Under the pieces are notes generated by a model. It was not told the DNA's origin and made no database searches. It saw only the letters and a program-made list of their open reading frames with translations. DNA of 63,874 nucleotides from Paraspadella gotoi (lineage: Eukaryota > Animalia > Chaetognatha): contig CM119266.1 of the NCBI GenBank assembly GCA_051294375.1, positions 11,943,180-12,007,053 on the forward strand. The letters are read 5' to 3'. The translations under genes and the position numbers were made by a program. Shown here in pieces: positions 54,946 to 63,874 of the stretch (position 1 is its first letter; every line of letters starts with the position of its first letter).

Positions 54946-55251
54946 CTGGGTAGTTGTTGAGTCGGAGTGATGAAATGTGAATAAAAGTAAAGGACGAAGC
55001 CGATTGTTTCATTCATGGTAATCGGATCAATTATTTCATTTAAAAAAACTGGAAAATTTTGATATTGTAACCCTCAAATATTAGTATTTAAATTCTGTTC
55101 ATGCGTTTCTTTTTGGTACGTCCGTAAAAAAAAGTTCACAATCGCAAGAATGTCGTCCAAATTTATTAGTATCTTTTCGCAAGAATAAACAAAGACGCAT
55201 GCGAGCGTGGTGAATAAAATTTCAAACGAAAATTAACAAAAGGATCTTCTT

Positions 55252-56948
55252 TCAAATCTTACAGATGTAAGGCGACAAATATTTATCGTAATGAAACCAC
55301 TTTCCTCTGTAGTCATGTGACCCCCGAGGAAGATTGATCGCCCTCTTCCACCGTTTCGCTCGTTCCCCATTTCGAAGTTGAGAAATTCCATTACGCTCCG
55401 TCCAATCGCGCGGCGCAATGACCGTCGACGAAGGTTCCACCTTTGGGATAGATGGGGAGAGAAAGATTGACAGACGAATGGTAAAATATGATGAGACAAA
55501 TATTCTCGTAACTTTTATAAAACAGTAGCTATTTCCCATGTATATATATATTATTGAACTAGTAGTCTTCGAAAACGGTTTCTTGATCTGGATTTTCGTC
55601 ACCCATGTACTAAACTGTTTTTTTTTTTTGCCATACGCACAAATCAACTTTTGTCTTCATCACCTAATAACCAGCTGTCCTTCCTGTTGATGGCCCTCGT
55701 CATCTCGTCGAGAAAAACGTTCTCATCCTTATTTTCGATCTGGACCAACCAACCGCCGAGTTGTTTACAAATTTGAGTCGCGTTGTTTTTGTAACTCGGG
55801 ACGTTAACGAAGAGGTAACAGTGATCAGCGAATTCCCTGTCGAATAATAACTCAAATTACTACCACGTTATAGGTACAATTCTTAATTGAGTCGTTGTTA
55901 ATAAATTGGTACAACCATTATCCATTTATTCATTAAATAACTGATGTTGCCTCTGACTTTGACCAGGATGTTGTGGGCGAAGGCCTCAATCCCACTTGAA
56001 AGATTGAAACAATTATTACAATTATTAATTCCCCAGTGCAAATGGCTTTCTTAGTTTCAATGAAGAGGTACGTATAATGTTTTCATGAGCAGTTTTAATT
56101 CTAAAATATGATAGTTTAAACGTAAACATATAGACCTTACCTGGCCACGAACAAACTCCGATGCTGCCTCCATATTTTCTCGCATTTTCCTTCGACGTTA
56201 TTTTGTCTCGCCGTGACGTAAAAAGCGATGACGACGCCCACGAGCGCCGCGTTCAGGATGAGACTGATAACTGCGACGCCGCGCCACTGACATTCCGCTT
56301 CCGGTGAGGTCTTGGCTAACGCCTCTGGAACGTCAGTGAGTATCGTGCCTGGTCTGCTGGTCGGATCTGTAAGGGATATATCGGTGGTGTAACGGCTGTA
56401 TTTAAGGAGGATGAACAAAGGTTTCTGTGGATTTTGTTTCGCCGACAACAAAACTGGCACAAAAAATAACAACATCAACTTTGAAAGAAAAGAGAATGTC
56501 TGGTTTTTATGGTTCACTTACCAATGGTCGATGGGCGAAGGACGGAAGAAGAAAAGTCGGGTATCATGTTGCTCTGCAAAGACAATCAATTTAAGCGATT
56601 GCTCATTTGTTTACTTCACATTTAAATTTAATTGAGGGACAAAGTTAGACTGATTTCACGAACTTTTTCCGAAAATTCGCTTTGCCTTGGGAGAGGAGGA
56701 AAGTCTTTATTATCACTGTCGGCTTGCCATATCGATGAGTCGGATTGTCTCTCGGGTAGACCGACAGAATCGGTGTCATCGTCGGTAAGCTTGAGCGGTT
56801 CGAAATGAACGGCTGGTTGTTCCTTGGGCGGAGGTCCCTTTAAAGGGTTTTCCAACTTGTGCGATTTTGAGGGCGGACTGAGGCCCCATTCTTGGAAGAC
56901 CGATTGGTCGATGTCTTCCGTTCCCCGTTTTGGATTATACTTCGCCAT
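55252..56948 (-). CDS. Type II membrane C-type lectin-like domain protein; exons 56948-56664, 56573-56522, 56366-56141, 55994-~55915, 55836-55664, 55440-55252 (last exon frameshifted)
   Basis: Cytoplasmic N-terminus, TM VAVISLILNAALVGVVIAFYV, then CTLD EFADHCYLFV...ATQICKQLGGWLVQIENKDENVFL...SWLLG and terminal GKW...YICKI-stop. The exon 4/5 junction is not cleanly resolved. Confidence 0.75.
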
Positions 56949-57453
56949 TAAGGCGTAGTGAAGGTTACATACGAAAATTCTAAATTGTCAATTATGAACA
57001 ACATACCATCAGTAAACGTAATTGTGTAAAAAAAAATTAATTTTATGTTCTTCAATTTCGCAGTAGGCATTATATTATATATAGTACTATCCTTATAAAT
57101 CGAAAAAATTTCAAAATAGGCTTTTCTTAATTTTAATTGCAGATTTGAATTCCTCGTCAAAAGTTGATTAAAAAAAAATATAAATCATTTTTTAAATTTC
57201 TTTCATAAGTGGGGTTAAAATTCTCAAAAAATATCATTACAAAAAAACTATTTTGAAAATTTAACATTTATTGGATTAGTACTAATGTAAAATGGACGTC
57301 ACTGCGTACAATTAGTAAAATTATTTAGAAAGGTTTATAGGAAATACACAAAATGAAATTCGAGATATTAGGCGATTAATGTTGTTGATCCTCACCGACT
57401 CTTAAGAATTTTAATTAAAGTCTAATTGTAGAATTATTTGACTACGGTATTTA
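56949..57453. mobile_element. Second copy of the hAT-type MITE, 505 bp, internally deleted, degenerate right TIR
   Basis: Starts TAAGGCGTAGT and aligns with 54340 onward; ends ACTACGGTATTTA; 8-bp TSD TTCGCCAT at 56941-56948 and 57454-57461. Confidence 0.88.
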
Positions 57454-58375
57454 TTCGCCATCTCTTGTAAAAAAATAAAACAGAAACAGGTATTAAACCT
57501 TAAAAAAAAACAAAGAAAAAAAGTTGAAAATACTATTCTACCTAGTGTGGAAAATATAAACGAATCTGACAACAAGATGCGGGATTTTTTCTGAACAAAT
57601 ACGTGCCGATTCGATTAATTGACCTTTTACAACAAATTTTGTTTGCTTGTTTATTGTCACAACAATTCAAACACCCCCGATAAGTAGAAAGATCGTACTA
57701 CGATAGATTTTTGTTGACAGTATCATAAGCGTATATTTTTCATGTATAAACGGTCTTGCATAAATATTTAAGTAAAGTTTTTTTTTTTAATTTATCGAGA
57801 ATCTTCTTATACAGTGCTACAGTTTTACTATGGATCGATCAATCGATGGAGGCACGTGATACAAATTCTCCATGCAATGGGGTTAAAAATTTGGCGTCGT
57901 TGGCCAATACTTTTCTTTCAGGTCGTACTATATTGCTTGTTGAGTTTGTCAGTAAAATTTTCTTATCTTGCCTCACAAAATATAAAGCATATTTACATTT
58001 TCAATTAATATCTTTAAACGAATACTAAAAATTAAACATTTTTGCGTAAATTTTTTGCTTTTTCGAACTTTTTTCCGAATGAAATGAAAAAAAAAAGTGA
58101 AAAAAAGACGGTAACTTTCGGACGTCATTTGCCTCGTGCTTTTCGGCGGCCGCCCGTATTTGAAATCTTCTATCCTTTCGGTCTCTTTGGCTCCCGATAA
58201 ACAATAGGGGAATCCCGGGAACTAAACTTAGATAAATCGAATCGCGGAGACCCAGGAATTACCGAAAGACGCTAGAAATATCCGCTAGAGTGGAACCGTT
58301 AATAAAAAATTAGTAGGGTGGTTAGTTTGATTTTTTTTTCCTCAGTTTTTTATAGGTGTCAAAGGGCGAAATAAT

Positions 58376-61300
58376 ATGGCCGAGGAAGAGAAGGAAGTGA
58401 AGGAAGAGAAGACCTACACTCTGAAGGCGGAGTTCCCCAAGGAAGATCCTTCGTTTCTGACGGACGACGTCTTCGTTCCTGAAGGATTGGCGGAGATGAT
58501 GGACGTGAGGGGGGGGAGGGTTGGGAAAGGGGCGGTGGAGGGTTGGGGTGGTGGATACGAATTTAGAAAAAGGGACAATCACTAGGGCAAGGCTTGTTGT
58601 TTTGTTTCAATAGACATTAAGTCAAATTATTAATAATTGTCGACAATTTTCTTTTTCGTCTTTTGTTGTGTCAACGAGGAGGCGTAATTAAAATACCATT
58701 AATCAATATTATTTCACGATATGCTTCGCGGAGGAAAGCGTAAATTTGGTAGGAAGGACAGAGAAGACGTCGTTGGGAGGGCGTTTGTAGGTAAGACTTC
58801 CTTTTTGTTTATAACATGAATTAGGTTGACAAATAAACGAGATATGTTTAGTCGCCCAAACCTCTCGCGCAGAGCGGCGGCGGTGCGGACAGAACTTCGC
58901 TAACTTGCGCTCTTGATCTAACCTTGAAGGCGGCTTCCAGTGCCTCATCTTCTCTCTTTTCAACTACTATCACGGATTTACGCCATTCTTCACGACAGCG
59001 AGAAAATGATTTTGAGTTCACGAAAGAGAAGATATATTAGGTCATTTGTGTAAACTCGTTTATTGCTATTATATTATATATCTATACTGTATAATATTAA
59101 TTTTTGACATTACTTAGTGAATTATGATGGTCCCAGAATTGTTAGAGTGAAAGGGAAACATATTATTAGAGAGAGAGAGGAAGAGAGGGAGAAAAGAGAA
59201 GGAGAGAGAGAGAGGAGAGAGAGAGGAGAAGAGAGTATTTGTATTGTATGTTTATTAGAGAAGTCATTCGTAGACAGACCGACTGTTGGTTCTTCTTATT
59301 ATTGTCTTAGTGTCCCGAGGCGGTGAACGTATTGTGCCACAGTGAAGTAATTGCTAATTAACGGAAGGGATGGTGAGCGCGGAGGATACTTTTTTCAACT
59401 TTTGACTTGTACAATGAATATGAGCAACACCCCCTCCACCAACACTCCAGTCAGTGCAGATCCGATTTAACGAAGAAGGCGAAGAAGAGGAAGAAGACAC
59501 ATATTCTCTCTATCTTATCTCCTTTCGTCTCGGTGGAGAACGAGAATCGAGCGCGAAGAGAGCAACGTTAACAGGGAACCCGAACAAAACGGAGGAGAAC
59601 GACGAGCGACAAACCGTGGTAAAGTTGGTGTCAGGGTAAGGTATTTGTCCATGTTGTTTCTTGTCACGTCTTTTGTTTTGTTTTTTTTTTTTTTGTATGT
59701 TGAATTTAGCGCCGCTGCGCCATCTCGAGTTCCGCCTACGACCCGCGATTCTCCACCACGCGGACGACGAAGTTCCAAAAGACGCCGGCGCAGATGCAAA
59801 GGCTGACGGCCGAAGCCGCCGACATTTTGCCGCTCAAGCATCTCGAGGGTCCGACCTTGAAGGTGAAGGGGCTTGAAGGGAGATGGCGATAGAGAAAGCG
59901 ATCATACGTTCACGAATAGATCAATCAATCAACCCAGAATCAGTAAAATAAATAAATAAATGAACAAAAAATTAAAAATTAAAAATAAAAAAATAAAAAA
60001 AATAAAAAATAAAAAATTAAAAAAATAAAAAAATAAAAAATAAAAAATAAAAGAGATTAAAAAAAAAAATAAAAGAAAATAAAATATAAAAAAATAAAAA
60101 ATAAATTAAAAAAAAAAAATTAGAAAAAAAAAAAAATAAAAAAATAAATAATCGATCAAACAATCAATCAAACAATAATTTACCATCACTTTGCCGAATA
60201 ATATTGTTTAAGAAATTGTAAATACGTTGTCTATACAGCGACAACAAAGACGACGACGCCCGACGACTTAATCCCCCCCCCTTCCGCCCCCCGCCCCCCA
60301 GAAAGCGTTGGAGGCTTTGAAGCCGATCAACGTGAAGGGGGGGACCTTCATCTGTCGGGAGGGTGAGGAGGGCGAGGACTTCTACATCATCGAGTCCGGC
60401 ACCTTCAACATCTACAAGAAGAAAGGACCCGAGGACGAAACCGTCGGCGAGTTGATATCGACTTTGAACGGCTCGGGCTCTTTCGGCGAATTGGCGCTGA
60501 TGTGAGGAGAATATTTGGGATATTTTGATGTCGCTGTTGTCAACATGAGATATATACGACATCATACGTAAAGATTGTATAAGCTAAGCTGAACTATACT
60601 GGACGAGCCTAAACTAATCTAAAACTGGACCGAAACAAACCGCTGGGTTGATAAACGGTGACCGTGAAATTTAAAAGTGATCGTGATCGTTGGTGATTCG
60701 TCACTATACCGCAGCTATTCATGTCATCTGACGTTATTTTAATCTAATTTAATGTACATTATTCTAATTCAATTTTGGTTTTCGGATGCGTGGATTACTT
60801 TTTTCTTGTAACGACATACGTATCGTAATTTAATTATGCCCGTCAGTTTGAAAAAAAATATTTTTTATGAAGAATTTTAAAAAAAAGATAGGAATTCCGA
60901 TTTTCAGGTACCACTGGCCACGCCAGGCGACCGTGAAGGCCATGACGGACGGAAGTTTGTGGATGATGGATCACAAAGTCTACCAGTGAGTGGGCAGGTT
61001 TTTAGATCTCTTCGTCGATTCATTTATTTTATTAAATTGATTAACTTTATAAGCATAATTGACTCGACGGATTGTCTTATTGATCAAATTCATTATTTTA
61101 CTTGATCGCGTCCCGCAGACAAGTAGGCATGGACTCGGCCTTTCGACTTCGCCGTCAACTGGAGGAAAACATCAGCAAAGTGGATTTGATGAAGCAGCTG
61201 CAGTCGGGCGAGATCGCCGACCTTTGCGACGTCATCAACGTTAAAGAAGTCGGACCCAACGATATCATCATCAAAGAAGGTGGGGCCACGTGGAGATATA

Positions 61301-62898
61301 TATGTTTAATTCGTTAACAATAAATATTCGAAATAGTACGAACAGTACAGACAAAAGAAAGCAAAATTAAATTAATTTAAGTTGAACTAAGTATAAGTCG
61401 AGCGCCTTCATTAAATCTCTACCCCCGGGCTGGGCGGTTAGGCGATGGAACTCCCAAATTCTGTCCAATTAAATTTTTCTGAAATAAATAAAGGGAAAAA
61501 AGTGGTAATTCAATGTAAGGGAAATTTGACTTGACTCGAAAGGTATTCGTCCTAAAAGGGACTACATCCTTCACTAAGATGTCTTCTAGGTTTTATAAGA
61601 TGCAGCCAGAATGTTGAAGGAATGGGAAGGGAAAAATTGGAGGGGCAAAGGGGGGAAGAGGGAAAGGGGGAAGGCAAGGGGGGAGTTAAACAGGAGGGTT
61701 GGGCCTGGCCCATTCTGTAAGGAGAATTGGCGCCGGCGTCCTCGTTATCGTCTTCGTCGTCGTTTCGGCCGTGGACAATTATTCGTGTCATTAGAGTTTC
61801 CTCGAAATTAAAAATAAAGAGGAGAACGCTGATTTATGATCCCGAAAACCTCGGTGATTGTCTATCGCCTTCTCGTTTTTAAGTTTTAACAAATATTAAT
61901 TCGCTTCGCTTATTTTCTCTTAACGTGAAAACCTGAAACTAATCTTATGTTCTGACACTAGTTAACGTTTGAGAAACGTCAAGCTTAATTCGTGACATGG
62001 ATTACCTTCGTTGCTCACTTTTCGGAACGACAACGCCGCTTCGTTTGCCTTCCCCCCTACCCCTTTCCCCGCCAACCCTTATACATCGAACCCATTTTCC
62101 CTCCCCCCCCTTTTTCAAAAATCCTCCTTCTTCTCTCTTCTGCCATTCCCCATCTGCACTCAACTTCCCTACCCACCGCGCCGGATTTTCCACTCCCCGG
62201 CTCCGCTTGCATCGACCCGCACTTCTTGGCCGCCCCCGCCGGCCCATTACCCAGGCGACGAAGCGAGCTCCATGTTCTTCGTCCTCGAAGGCGAAGTCGT
62301 TGTCGTCGTCGGCGGAAAAAAGAGGTTAACCGCCTGAGCGCCGGCGGATATTTCGGAGAGATGGCGCTGATGACGAAGGAGAAACGGAGCGCCACCGTCA
62401 AAGCGGCCGGACACGTCGTCCTCGGTACGTGATTGATGGAAGGGGAGGGGCGTGGACGCGGTTTGGCGTGGGAGCGTTAGACTCGGGACGAGCTGTGAAC
62501 GTCGTCATTTGCATAATTGGCAATATTGAAAATTGAGTAAATTAACATTTTCGAAAAAGTGAAATTTGGGTTAATCGCGGTCATTTACTCGTGTCGATAA
62601 ACGACTAGTGGTCTTGTAAAGTTTTATCTTTCTAAATCCTTATTTGTTTATTAATATGCAATTTTTTTAGGTTCTTTTCGGATCCCGTATTTTCCTCTCG
62701 AAAACCCCTTTTCACTTTCAAAATCAATTTTTGCTTTCGATTCATCTGACTTCCGGTCTCCATTCCGACGGACGCGCCCACTTTATATATTTAATTTGTT
62801 GAATTTCCCCAGGCGAGTTGGGCGTGGACGCGTTCGAGCGTATCTTGGGTCCGTGCAAAGAGCTCATGCGACGCAAACAAGATACGTACAAGAAATAA
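58376..62898 (+). CDS. cAMP-dependent protein kinase regulatory subunit-like (two cNMP-binding domains); confident exons 59710-59862, 60302-60501, 60908-60985, 61119-61279, 62255-62424, 62813-62898; first exon 58376-58504 tentative
   Basis: Inhibitor-site-like RRCAIS, EGEEGEDFYIIESG, cassette A FGELALMYHWPRQATVKA, cassette B YFGEMALMTKEKRSATVKA, C-terminal AFERILGPC. One frameshift in the A-run at ~62316-62321; exons between 58504 and 59710 unresolved. Confidence 0.85.
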
Positions 62899-63669
62899 TG
62901 ATCGAATTTGGGCGTAAAGTGTTTCGAGTTTTTTTTGGGGGGAAAAAGATCGCCTTGCATTTTTTTGAAAAATGTAATACGGAAATGAATATAACAAGTT
63001 TTATTTAGTTTTTATTTTCTAGCAGCCCGTGATGCCAGTAAATCAGATATAGGGGATCAGGAAATTACAAAACTAAAAATTTCAAATTTTAAAACGATTT
63101 TCAAGGGGACGGGGGACGAGAGAAAGATTATTTTAGAAAGGAAATGAGAATTTTATTTTGCTCCCTGTAGTGTAGCTTAAAATTTAAACGAGTAACAAAA
63201 TAATGTTTTTTCAGGAAATTACTTTTTTTGTAAACTAAATTCCTGTTGGCTTAATTGACTATTAAGATTAATATAATTGATATAATTAATATAATTGACT
63301 AATAATAAGGTTAAAGCTGGGAAATTATAAATTAAAATTGCGTTATATCAATCGTCTTTGTTACGAACGCATTGACAACTTAAAACTTCGTAATTTAAAA
63401 AATCATAACTTTGAAAGGTGAACACGAAAGTGGCTTTAATTGTGCTTGGTATTTTTTTTATTTTGTATTTTTGTTTTTTTCGGTAGGTGGGGCACAGGTT
63501 CGTCCGATCGTATTAGTCATAACAAAGTCGAAACTTTACGACCCCAATTACTTCTGTGTATAAAATAGACATCCCTTTTCGCTTGGACAGGAATGCCTAA
63601 TTCTCTCTCTCACTCTCTCTCTGTTTCTGTCTCTCGAGAAAGAGACGTTTTCCCTCAGCTTGAAAATAG

Positions 63670-63740
<71 letters not shown>

Positions 63741-63874
63741 AATGTTCTCCTCTAGACTTTTTGAATTCTCCAAATTGCCCTGGGAGAAAAATTCAAACAT
63801 CCTCCGGGCGCTCAGGAGGGAATCATAAATGCCAATATGTTTGCGAGGCCGTTACTTCTTTTAAAAAAATGGGA

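Noticed and set aside
62310-62325. Programmed frameshift in the PKA-R-like exon
   Set aside because: Falls in an A homopolymer in an assembly with many similar indels; error is more parsimonious.
62447-62835. 13-bp match gggcgtggacgcg between the intron (62448) and the last exon (62820) of the PKA-R-like gene
   Set aside because: Too short to support exon duplication, and no acceptor context.

Overview
AT-rich, intron-containing metazoan genomic DNA from a draft assembly (N gaps, scattered single-base indels, many (GA/TC)n microsatellites). Most ORFs in the supplied track are microsatellite or antisense artefacts; the real genes are spliced and were reconstructed by hand. In order: a 14-exon PLK2/3-like polo kinase (+, 6366-30160) whose 3' part lies in a ~9.7 kb segment present twice (one copy indel-ridden, probably an assembly artefact); an Ig-domain membrane protein (+); five tRNA genes (2 Val-TAC, 3 initiator Met); a divergent class A GPCR-like gene with a very large third intracellular loop (-); a six-exon gene fusing an IRE1/RNase L-like pseudokinase-KEN module to TFIIS domains I and II without the zinc ribbon (+, 43569-47022; the most novel-looking feature); a pancreatic-lipase-like gene (-); two copies of a palindromic hAT-type MITE, one inserted at and duplicating the start codon of a type II membrane C-type lectin gene (-); and a divergent PKA regulatory subunit-like gene (+). 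All family assignments come from motif recognition by eye; no database search was run.
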